Assembly (NCBI GenBank): GCA_039714075.1
Contig: JBDLKA010000015.1
Location: 1 to 51,581, forward strand
Length of the DNA: 51,581 nt
Direction of reading: 5' to 3'
From: Candidatus Krumholzibacteriota bacterium
GTDB lineage: Bacteria; Krumholzibacteriota; Krumholzibacteriia; LZORAL124-64-63
This document shows positions 37,689-46,358 of this stretch, one piece after another (within the stretch, counting starts at the first letter, position 1; every line of letters starts with the position of its first letter). The translations under genes were made by a program, and so were the position numbers. The notes under the pieces are model-generated. The model was not told where the DNA came from. It did no database searches and was given only the letters and a program-made list of their open reading frames with translations.

Positions 37689-38051
37689 CTAGCCCCGGGG
37701 GGGATGGTAGACCGGGTCGGCATCGACCCAGGTCACGTCGGTGGCGGTGGCGACCAGGCGGCCGTCCGCGGGCAGGACCTCGTCCAGCATCTGGGCGGCG
37801 GCGGGAATCATGACCGTGCCGGAACAGCAGGGCAAACTGCAGTGCTGGCAGCCGTTCTCGCAGCGGTCGTGGTCCCGGTGACCCGGCTCCCTGCCGCAGG
37901 ACGGACCGTCGCAGGTATCGTCCAGAAAGGTGTCGCAGGGATCGACGTCGGGATGGGCGGTCATGTCACAGGCGGCATCGAGAGAAGCCGGCAACAATGT
38001 CAGGCCCATGGCCACAAGAAGGAGGATTGATATTTCCCGGGATGATTTCAT
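37689..38051 (-). CDS. Small exported Cys/His-rich protein ending YHPPRG (DUF2946/CutF-like leader candidate)
   Basis: GGAG RBS; hydrophobic N-terminus; 9 Cys including HRDHDRCENGCQHCSLPCC; first gene of the RND operon. Confidence 0.8.
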   Translation of the reverse strand: MKSSREISILLLVAMGLTLLPASLDAACDMTAHPDVDPCDTFLDDTCDGPSCGREPGHRDHDRCENGCQHCSLPCCSGTVMIPAAAQMLDEVLPADGRLVATATDVTWVDADPVYHPPRG

Positions 38052-38093
38052 GGTCTCCGTAAAATCCGGTATTCGACTCGCGATTACCCTACA

Positions 38094-38122
38094 ATCTTAG
38101 ATGGTAAATGGTTCCCGGTCAA
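38094..38122 (-). promoter_or_regulatory. Sigma70 promoter of RND operon 1
   Basis: Minus strand TTGACC - 17 bp - TAAGAT. Confidence 0.7.
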
Positions 38123-38359
38123 ATTTCGCCCCTTGCCAGGCGACCGCCACACCGTCCCGGTTTGTAAACCGAACCGGGCTCAAGACGGACTCGAGGATCC
38201 TGCGAACATGCTCCGGCGGGACCATGTTTTTTTTTGGACACAAGAATCCTCCTCGGAGTAGACTTCAATCGACAACTTAAGCTGTCAGGCAAGGTCTGGT
38301 ATTGCTGCACGATGTAGGATTGCAAGGGGCGGATAATAATGAGGAAGTGGAGACCGCAA

Positions 38360-41300
38360 ATGGGTCGTTGTAGCCTGGGGATGCCGGGGTTTCCCGCCCG
38401 CACATTGAGGACCCTCTCGTTCGCCTTGATCCTGCTTGCCTGTACCCCGGTTTTGGAGGGACTGGCCGGGACCGGCACCCTTTCGCCGGGAACCTCTTCC
38501 GGCTGGGACCAGTTGTTCGAAAACCGGTTCAAGTCGGCCGAAACGGAGTTTCGCCAGGCGCTGGAAGCCGATGACGAGGACTTCAAGGCGAGGCAGGGCC
38601 TGATCGTGGCTCTCCTCTGCCTGGGCAAGGACGACGAACTGCTGGCCCAGGTTGCCGAAATGGCGCGTGAGCCGTCCCTGGATCCCAATGATCTTCTCCT
38701 GCTTGCTTTCATGACCAGGCATACGGGACTGTCATCGCAGGATTACTTCGAGGCGCTGCTCGAGTACGCGAAACGCTCCAGCAAGGAAAAATCCGTCGGA
38801 GTCCTGGATCGCCGACTCTACAGGAACCTGGCCCTGGACTATGCCGCCCAGGCGGGATTGTCCGACGAGGTCGCCGAGCTTGGAACGGCCCTCGGGCGCG
38901 TTACGCGGTGGGCCGTCCTGGGACCGTTCGACAACACCTCGGGCTCGGGCCATCAGCGCCGGTACATCCAGTCGTTTCTGCCCGATGATCGCAAGCACAT
39001 CGGAAAGATGGGGCAGTCCCTGCAGTGGTTCTTCCCGGAACTGATCGGAGTGGACGGGACCCTGACCCCGGCCAACCACTTCTATCACAAGCAGGACATA
39101 ACAGCGTATGCGCGCACGGTGGTCGATGTCCCCCGTGACGGGACATACCTTGTTTCGCTGGCTTACGAAGGCGACGTGCAGTTACTGGTCGACGACGTCA
39201 CGATCCACGACGAGCGCAAGGGCCGAACGGCTAAGGAAAATCTCCACTGGCATGTCAAGCTTGCGGCCGGGGCTCACGAGATCATCGCCAAGATTTCGAG
39301 CAGGGAGGCCCCGGGCCGCTTTGCCTTCAGCATCACCGAGACTGACGGCACCCTCATCAAGGATCTGAAGGTGGATCCAGGAAGTTCCACGGATCGTGAT
39401 ATGGCCGCACGTCCGGTGTTCGAATCCAGGACCCCCCAGGTCTTCTGGAAATTCCTGTCGCAAAAAACCGGGTCCACCGCCAACCGCGAGGCTGATTTCT
39501 GGAAGGTCTACTTCAGCTTTTGGGACCAAAGTCCGGAGGCGGACCAGACCTTCCAGACCCTGGTGAATCGGCACCGGGGATCGGCGTTGATCATGCTCGC
39601 TGCCGCGGATGCCCTGGGCATGCAGGGCCGGACCGCGGAAGCGCGGCAGCACATCGAACGGGCATGCAGGATCCACTCCGACCTGGCGCCTGCGGTCCTG
39701 GCCCGAGCCGAGAGCCACATGACCAACGGAAGGTACGATCTGGCCGGCGATCTGGCCGACGGAATCCTGCGGACTGCTCCGGACTGCCGTCAGGCCCTGT
39801 GGATCAAGTACCAGTGCCTTGAGAAGGACCTCCGTTTCGCCGACCTGGGGCGGGAGGCGGCCCATGCGGCCGAACGCTTCCCCGACGAGCCGCTGGGATA
39901 CCATTATCAGGCGATTGCCGCGGCGAGCCTCGGGGAATCCCGGAAGGCGGCCGATTACCGCGACAAGGCCCTGAAGCTGTTCCCCCCGGGGTCGACTCAT
40001 TTCCAGCAGGCCATGCAGAGCATCGACGAAGCCGGACTGAAAAAATCACGCGGACGGCTCAAGGACCTGGCCGAAAAGCTTCCGGACCAGGAATTTCTCT
40101 GGAATGCCTATCTCCACTCCCTTACCGCCGCCGAGAAGATCGACGATACCATTGATGTCCTGAACAGGCTGGCCCCGTCCTTTCCGCAGAGTCTGGATTT
40201 CCTGTCCCTGAAAGGCCTGATTGCCGAGGCCGGGTACTTCGTTGATGAATCCCGGTTCAAAAATTTCTGGCTGGGGATGGAAATCGACCTCACCGAGGCG
40301 GAATTCGCCAGGATGTATCCCGTATCACCGCGGCCGGAAAGCCACCGGGTCAGGTTCGAACACGGCGTGACCCTGGAGAAATTCATCAAGATCTGGGCAA
40401 AGGAGAACGCCGCCCGGCATTTCGAGGCCGCCCTGGCCGTGGCTCCGGGGAATTTCGAGGTTCGCAACAAGGTCCAAATGCTCAAGGGGAAGAGCGACCT
40501 CCGCAACTACCTGCCCGATGTCGATCCCGATGGTCTGCCCCCGTTGCGTTGCCGGCCCGAGGATCGGCCCGATGACGATGCGGTCATCATCAAGGACTGG
40601 CGCCGGCGTTTCGTATATGACGAGAACGCCAGCATTGCGGACCGGATCGTGGTCGTCCAGGTCCTCAACCAGGCCGGGATCGAAAAGTGGGAGAGTCAAC
40701 TGGTCCCCTTCAGCACGTATCTGAACAGGATGACGGTCGTCTCGGCCATGACGATCAAAACGGACGGAACGTTCATCGACGCCGAGACGGCCGGACCGGC
40801 CGTCCTGTTCCCCCGTCTCGAGCCCGGAGACGTCACCTTTTTTCATTACCGGGTCATCACCTACCACACCGGCCATCTCGCGGGCCAGTTCTGGGACCAT
40901 CATGTATTTGCCTACGAGGACCCCTGTTTGAATTCCCGGTTCACCCTTGTTTATCCGAGATCGATGTCACCCCTCTTCCAGGTGCTCAACGATCCCGAGG
41001 ATTTCTTTGTGATGAAGAACGAGGCGATTCTCGACGAGGACTACCGCACCATCCGCTGGTCCAGTCGCAGCAATCCCGTGCTGGTGAAAGAACCCCTGAG
41101 CGCGCAGCCACGGGCTCACCGACCCTGGGTCGACGTATCAACCATCGATTCCTGGTCCACGATATCGCGTTGGTACAACGATATCGCCGACGGACAGGCC
41201 GTCATCACGCCCGAAGTGGAGACGAAGGCAAAGGAGATCACCCGTGATTGCGCCGATGATCCGGCCAGGTACCGGGCAATCTGCGATTTCGTCGCCAACC

Positions 41301-42346
41301 GGATATCCTACCAGTTCACCCCGCTGCTGAACTCGGCCCTGGTTCCCCGCTCGTCCGACGAGACCCTCGAAACCGGTTATGGAGACTGCAAGGACAAGAG
41401 CACCCTGATGCTCGCCATGTTGAGAGCGGTCGGGATCGAATCGGCCGGTCTTGCCTTGACGTTCGTCAATCATGACGGGGGGGCGCAATTCCTGCCTTCC
41501 CCCCGCTTCAACCATGCCATTGTCGGTGCCGGCCATGGGGACGGTCCCGTGTCCTGGTACGACCCCACCGTCGCCTACGGCGTTCCCGGCCGGATTCCGG
41601 TCTCCTTGATCGGGTCACCGGTTCTCAGGATCGACAATAATGATGAAAGGGACATCCAGACGATCGGTCATCCCGAACCGGAAGACTGTGTCAGCGACAC
41701 CTGGATCAAGTTGTCCCTCGACGCCCAGGGAGCAGCAAGGGCCGCCCAGTCGGTCACCTACCGTTCAGCCGACGAGGTCGCCTCGATCCGGAGCTTCGAT
41801 GAGGGTTCTTCCCGGACTGAATTCGAAAACGTCGTCCTGGTGAAGATGGCCGGACGGTATCCCGGTGCGCAGCTCGACAGTGTGTCAATCACCACGCCCG
41901 AAGATCGCGACGACCAGGTCACGGTGACCTCGGCGTTCCTGATTCCGGATTGTTTTCTCTCCAATGGCGGAATGATGACCGGCTCGATTCCCGTTTTCGA
42001 CGATTTCATTTCGGACCTGGGTTCGGTCGTCGCCCTTACCGAACGCACGCAACCTCTCGATCTGCGTTTCCTGACCTCGAACCGCCGAGCGGTGCTCGAA
42101 CTCGAACTCCCTCCGGGATTCGAACTGCTGAGTGTGCCCGAGGACCTGAGTTCCGAGTGCGACGGCTTCTTCTACGAGGCGACCTACCGGCTCAGCGAAC
42201 GGACCCTGGTGGTCGAGCGGGAACTCATGATCGCCGGAACCGTGACGGACGTGCAGGCCTATCCTGACCTGAAGGAAGCCATGGACAGGGCCGTGAAGGA
42301 TCTCAAGGGAATGCTGATCCTTGGCCCCGCCACCGGAAGAAGATAA
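38360..42346 (+). CDS. Large exported TPR + DUF3857 + transglutaminase-like protein
   Basis: Hydrophobic N-terminus; 'WAVLGPF' beta domain; TPRs; 'FPRLEPGDV' (DUF3857); triad 'GDCKDKS', 'FNHAIV', 'YDPT'. Start uncertain (38339/38360/38381). Confidence 0.88.
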   Translation: MGRCSLGMPGFPARTLRTLSFALILLACTPVLEGLAGTGTLSPGTSSGWDQLFENRFKSAETEFRQALEADDEDFKARQGLIVALLCLGKDDELLAQVAEMAREPSLDPNDLLLLAFMTRHTGLSSQDYFEALLEYAKRSSKEKSVGVLDRRLYRNLALDYAAQAGLSDEVAELGTALGRVTRWAVLGPFDNTSGSGHQRRYIQSFLPDDRKHIGKMGQSLQWFFPELIGVDGTLTPANHFYHKQDITAYARTVVDVPRDGTYLVSLAYEGDVQLLVDDVTIHDERKGRTAKENLHWHVKLAAGAHEIIAKISSREAPGRFAFSITETDGTLIKDLKVDPGSSTDRDMAARPVFESRTPQVFWKFLSQKTGSTANREADFWKVYFSFWDQSPEADQTFQTLVNRHRGSALIMLAAADALGMQGRTAEARQHIERACRIHSDLAPAVLARAESHMTNGRYDLAGDLADGILRTAPDCRQALWIKYQCLEKDLRFADLGREAAHAAERFPDEPLGYHYQAIAAASLGESRKAADYRDKALKLFPPGSTHFQQAMQSIDEAGLKKSRGRLKDLAEKLPDQEFLWNAYLHSLTAAEKIDDTIDVLNRLAPSFPQSLDFLSLKGLIAEAGYFVDESRFKNFWLGMEIDLTEAEFARMYPVSPRPESHRVRFEHGVTLEKFIKIWAKENAARHFEAALAVAPGNFEVRNKVQMLKGKSDLRNYLPDVDPDGLPPLRCRPEDRPDDDAVIIKDWRRRFVYDENASIADRIVVVQVLNQAGIEKWESQLVPFSTYLNRMTVVSAMTIKTDGTFIDAETAGPAVLFPRLEPGDVTFFHYRVITYHTGHLAGQFWDHHVFAYEDPCLNSRFTLVYPRSMSPLFQVLNDPEDFFVMKNEAILDEDYRTIRWSSRSNPVLVKEPLSAQPRAHRPWVDVSTIDSWSTISRWYNDIADGQAVITPEVETKAKEITRDCADDPARYRAICDFVANRISYQFTPLLNSALVPRSSDETLETGYGDCKDKSTLMLAMLRAVGIESAGLALTFVNHDGGAQFLPSPRFNHAIVGAGHGDGPVSWYDPTVAYGVPGRIPVSLIGSPVLRIDNNDERDIQTIGHPEPEDCVSDTWIKLSLDAQGAARAAQSVTYRSADEVASIRSFDEGSSRTEFENVVLVKMAGRYPGAQLDSVSITTPEDRDDQVTVTSAFLIPDCFLSNGGMMTGSIPVFDDFISDLGSVVALTERTQPLDLRFLTSNRRAVLELELPPGFELLSVPEDLSSECDGFFYEATYRLSERTLVVERELMIAGTVTDVQAYPDLKEAMDRAVKDLKGMLILGPATGRR

Positions 42347-42525
42347 CGGTAGGTGATAGCCCCAACTCCCTCATAGCAGGCTTGCCCTGAAACAAGCGGA
42401 CGACGCGTTGCCATCACAAGTTTCGAATATTCGATGATAAGAGGATTGTATTCCTCTGGTTTTTGTGAGACAATACGCTTCTCATTGTGGGGGCTCAGGG
42501 GAGGGATTACTGCGGAGAGTCGTCC

Positions 42526-44562
42526 ATGACCCGGAGGTCCATCATGCCCCGAGCCGCCATCACCCTGCTTTTCTTCCTGCTATCGGCAAGCGTCGCCGCG
42601 GGTGGCCCCCTGACCGACAAGGGAACCCAGCCCGGTCTGACCTATCCCATGAATACCCCCGGCGACTGCGCCGGCTGTCACGGCCAATACGATGGCGTCA
42701 ACAATCTCGAGCCGTGGGACACCTGGGCGGGATCGTTGATGGCCCAGGCGGGACGGGACCCCATTTTCTGGGCTGCCTTGGACGTGGCGAACAACGACTT
42801 GCCCGGTGTCGGGGATTTTTGCCTTCGCTGTCACGCCCCCACGGGGTGGCTCGACGGCCGCTCCGAACCACCGGGCGGCTCCCCCGACGGTTGCGGTCTC
42901 GAGGGCAAACTCGACGAGACAAACAAGGATTTCGACGGCTTGACCTGCCATTTTTGCCACCGGATGATGGTCAATCCCTCACCTCCGGCCGGAGAGGATC
43001 CCGTATATTTCGAGAATGGCCAGTTCTGGATCGACGATACCGACTGCGCGGGCGCCGGTGAACCTTGCCGTCGGGGACCCTACGATTATCCCGCCGACGG
43101 CGCCTCGCCTCCCCCGCACGCCTGGGCTTTTTCTCAGTATCTCGAGGATTCCGACATCTGCGGGAATTGCCACAACGTCACCAATCCGGTCAAGACACTC
43201 ATTCAGAACGGCGTGGACACGGGCATCCCCTACCCGATCGAACGCACCTTCATGGAGTGGCAGCAGAGCGATTTCTCGAACCAGGCGTCGCCGGAGTTCA
43301 AGACTTGCCAGAATTGCCATATGCCGGATTCGGCGGCTGATCCGGCCTTCGTCTGCAGCGATATGCAGAACAACCACACCGGCGATCTGCCGATCCATCA
43401 ACTCGCAGGCGGCAACTCCTGGATCCCCGAGGTCCTGCGCCAGGAATACCCCAACCTGAACCTCGACCTGGAACTGGCCGCGACCCGGGATTGGGCCCTG
43501 GACATGTTGCAGAACCAGTCCGCGACCGTCGCGGTCATCACTCCGGCCGACGTTACCGAAGGCGGCGACCTGGTCGCCCAGGTCCAGGTGACCAACCTGA
43601 CCGGCCACAAACTGCCCACCGGTTATCCTGAAGGGCGACGGCTCTGGCTGAACGTGCAGGCCCGCGACGGCCTGAACAACCTCATCTGGGAATCGGGACT
43701 CTACGACATGTCGACCGGAATCCTGACCCAGGACCCCCAGATCAAGGTCTACGAGGCCAAACCGGGCATCTACAACAACAACGGTACGGGCGAATGCGAT
43801 TGCGAGGACGGTGCGGGCAACCCGATGTTCCACTTCGTGCTCAATGACTGTTACGAACTGGACAACAGGATTCCGCCCCTGGGATTCACCGGCATGAGCG
43901 ACCCCGAGACCCAGCCGGTGAACTATTCGTATCCGGAGACGTCGCCCGGTTCGGGCATCCTGGTAAACTACGATACCACCGGGTACAGCGTGCCCGTCCC
44001 GGTGGGTACGGTTTCACCTTTGACCATTTCGGCCACGCTCTACTACCAGACCATCAGCAAGGAATACGTCGAGTTCCTGGAAACCGAGGCGATAACCAAC
44101 GGATTCCCCAACGACTGCATCGAACGCTCCTCGGGCTTCCCGACGAAAACACGTGCCGGTCTGCTCAAGGACATGTGGCTGGCCTACGGAAAATCGGCCC
44201 CCGTGGACATGGGAACGGACGCGGCGGCGGTTTCGGTGACCTCGGTCTCCGGCGTGGGCATCGACGATGGCAACCTTTCGCTTTACCTGCACCAGAACAG
44301 TCCCAATCCCATCGAGCCCACGGGTCTCGGCACCCGTATAGCCTTCCGGCTGCCGCATGACCAACAGGTACGCATTGACGTGTTCGACCTCCGCGGCCGT
44401 CACGTACGCACCCTGTTCGACGGCCGGGAAACCGCCGGTGCGCACAGCATTTTCTGGGATGGTCGTGACGGGAACGGCAGAATTGTCAGTTCCGGTGTCT
44501 ACGCCTACACCTTGAAAACGAATTCCGAAGTGTTGAGGCGTCGGATGGTCGTAGTCAGATAA
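42526..44562 (+). CDS. Secreted multiheme c-type cytochrome (5 CxxCH) with FlgD-Ig C-terminal domain
   Basis: CAGCH, CLRCH, CHFCH, CGNCH, CQNCH; 'GHKLPTGYP'; C-terminal 'QNSPNP...WDGRDGNGRIVSSGVY'. Confidence 0.9.
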   Translation: MTRRSIMPRAAITLLFFLLSASVAAGGPLTDKGTQPGLTYPMNTPGDCAGCHGQYDGVNNLEPWDTWAGSLMAQAGRDPIFWAALDVANNDLPGVGDFCLRCHAPTGWLDGRSEPPGGSPDGCGLEGKLDETNKDFDGLTCHFCHRMMVNPSPPAGEDPVYFENGQFWIDDTDCAGAGEPCRRGPYDYPADGASPPPHAWAFSQYLEDSDICGNCHNVTNPVKTLIQNGVDTGIPYPIERTFMEWQQSDFSNQASPEFKTCQNCHMPDSAADPAFVCSDMQNNHTGDLPIHQLAGGNSWIPEVLRQEYPNLNLDLELAATRDWALDMLQNQSATVAVITPADVTEGGDLVAQVQVTNLTGHKLPTGYPEGRRLWLNVQARDGLNNLIWESGLYDMSTGILTQDPQIKVYEAKPGIYNNNGTGECDCEDGAGNPMFHFVLNDCYELDNRIPPLGFTGMSDPETQPVNYSYPETSPGSGILVNYDTTGYSVPVPVGTVSPLTISATLYYQTISKEYVEFLETEAITNGFPNDCIERSSGFPTKTRAGLLKDMWLAYGKSAPVDMGTDAAAVSVTSVSGVGIDDGNLSLYLHQNSPNPIEPTGLGTRIAFRLPHDQQVRIDVFDLRGRHVRTLFDGRETAGAHSIFWDGRDGNGRIVSSGVYAYTLKTNSEVLRRRMVVVR

Positions 44563-44569
44563 GGGGAAA

Positions 44570-44598
44570 TTGACACGAACCGGGTTCCGCTCTACTTT
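44570..44598 (+). promoter_or_regulatory. Sigma70 promoter of RND operon 2
   Basis: TTGACA - 17 bp (containing palindrome GAACC-G-GGTTC) - TACTTT; ATG follows 8 nt later. Confidence 0.7.
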
Positions 44599-44606
44599 GC
44601 CTAGTT

Positions 44607-45032
44607 ATGAGCCTGCACAGCAAAAAACCCAATAGAGCCCTGTGGCTGGGTCTTTCCCTGATCCTGCCCGTGTTGTATTTCCTGCAAGCAGCACCTCATG
44701 CTCACCAGGCTCACGACCAGCCCGAATCCCACCAGGCATCCGGGTCACATTCGCACCATACCCATACCCATTCCCATGACGATCACGATAGCGAAGGTCC
44801 GGACGCGACACATCACCATCATGCCCTGACGAATCATCTCGACTCTCACGTTTCCCAGACCCCCAACCGGGGATCGAGTCCCGATCCCGGGATCTCGATG
44901 GTGGTCGTTTCTGCAGGTTATGGGATTCTTGACCGGAAGACCCGATTCAGGTCTCCCGAGTCGCCCGACCCGCCGCCCCAGGCGCCTCCGCTTGTCACCC
45001 GTGGTCCCCGAGCACCTCCCCGCCTCGGCTGA
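44607..45032 (+). CDS. Small exported His-rich protein ending RAPPRLG (ribosome-arrest leader candidate)
   Basis: Hydrophobic N-terminus; 17 His in about 50 aa; no Cys; Pro-rich linker; RAPP at 45009-45020. Confidence 0.82.
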   Translation: MSLHSKKPNRALWLGLSLILPVLYFLQAAPHAHQAHDQPESHQASGSHSHHTHTHSHDDHDSEGPDATHHHHALTNHLDSHVSQTPNRGSSPDPGISMVVVSAGYGILDRKTRFRSPESPDPPPQAPPLVTRGPRAPPRLG

Positions 45033-45086
45033 ACAGCCTTTTAATCCGTTTACGTTTCCAACAGCAAACCTGAAAAGGATGCCTGT
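45033..45086 (+). promoter_or_regulatory. Predicted RBS-sequestering hairpin between the leader ORF and tolC
   Basis: ACAG-CCTTTT (45033-45042) is complementary to AAAAGG (45073-45078, the SD) and CTGT (45083-45086, next to the ATG). Confidence 0.6.
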
Positions 45087-46349
45087 ATGTTGCACCGTAC
45101 CCATCGGTCGGTCACCGTCACGCTGTCTGTCCTGGGAGCCCTCATACTGGGGGCCTCAGGGTCAAGTACCGCTTCGACAGCACCGGTGAACGACGTTTCC
45201 ATACGATTCGAGGACATTGAATCGTTTGCGCGCGCCGAGAGCCCCCGCGCTCGGATCATCGCCCAGAAACTGGCCGCTGCCACCGCTGAGCAGGACCGCG
45301 ACCTGCAGTGGTCGAATCCCTCTTTGGCGTATGATCACGAGGAAAACGAGAGCTTTCGTGAATGGCAGTTGACGCTGCACAAACGATTCGAGATGCCCTT
45401 CTCACAAGCCGGTCTGAGAGACGGCTGGGAGGGCACGATTCGCGCTGAGGAACTCCGGGGAAAACAGGAATCGGAAAATCTTCTGGCGGAGCTCAAGGGC
45501 GGTTATGTACGGCTTCGGCTCTTCGAGAACTACCTCGACCGCCTGAAACGTCTCGCCGGGTTGGTGGATCTGGCTGCCACCGTGGCAGACGAGAGATACA
45601 CCGAAGGTGAGCTGTCCGGGACCGAAAAACAACTGATCCAGCTTGCAGCCTTCTCCGTGGATGCCACCAGCCGTCGAATCCAGCAGGAGCATCGTCAGGA
45701 CGCTGCATTCTGGCGCGCCGAGATGGGCCTCTCTTCCATGGTCACCGTTGACCTGGTCACGCCTGTAACATTTCTGCCGTTCGAGTTGGACGGACCTGAT
45801 GCATACGCCGCCATGGTTTCCCATCGTCCCGGTCTCCAGGCTCAGGCAACCCTTGCCCAGGCCCTCGGCAGTCAGGCAGAGGCCGCTCGTCCCGACATCG
45901 TTCCCGGCATGGATATCCATGGGGGCTACAAGAGCTTCGCTTCGGAACTGAACGGTTTCGTGGCCGGCATCGCAGTCGACCTGCCCTTTTTCGACAGGAA
46001 TGCCGGCGCATCCAAGCGGCTCGAAGCCGAAAGGCTGATTGTCGAGCACGAAATGGCCATCTCCATGGCCCGTTCCCGGAATGAAATTGCCGCCCTGATC
46101 GACGCAATCACCGCAGCCCAGGCCCCACTCGCCGGGTTCACCGAACGCCTGGACCAGGGTCCGCCATTGGCTGAGACACTGCTCTTCTCCTACCGGGAAG
46201 GGTCCATAACTCTCGACGCCCTGCTGGGAGCGATCCAGATCGAATCATCAGCGGTCGAGGACTACTTCGCCGAGTTGACCGCCTACTACATGAATATCTT
46301 CCGGCTGGAATCCATGACGGGCGCCACCATCGTCCGTTTCGCGCCTTAG
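45087..46349 (+). CDS. TolC/CzcC-family outer-membrane efflux protein
   Basis: Signal peptide; 'WSNPSL', 'DLPFFDRNAG', 'YREGSITLDALL'. Confidence 0.88.
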   Translation: MLHRTHRSVTVTLSVLGALILGASGSSTASTAPVNDVSIRFEDIESFARAESPRARIIAQKLAAATAEQDRDLQWSNPSLAYDHEENESFREWQLTLHKRFEMPFSQAGLRDGWEGTIRAEELRGKQESENLLAELKGGYVRLRLFENYLDRLKRLAGLVDLAATVADERYTEGELSGTEKQLIQLAAFSVDATSRRIQQEHRQDAAFWRAEMGLSSMVTVDLVTPVTFLPFELDGPDAYAAMVSHRPGLQAQATLAQALGSQAEAARPDIVPGMDIHGGYKSFASELNGFVAGIAVDLPFFDRNAGASKRLEAERLIVEHEMAISMARSRNEIAALIDAITAAQAPLAGFTERLDQGPPLAETLLFSYREGSITLDALLGAIQIESSAVEDYFAELTAYYMNIFRLESMTGATIVRFAP

Positions 46350-46358
46350 GAGAACGAC

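Noticed and set aside
38119..38722. Minus-strand ORFs of 197 and 145 aa as a possible metal regulator
   Set aside because: Antisense to the transglutaminase-like gene; no HTH or sensor motif.
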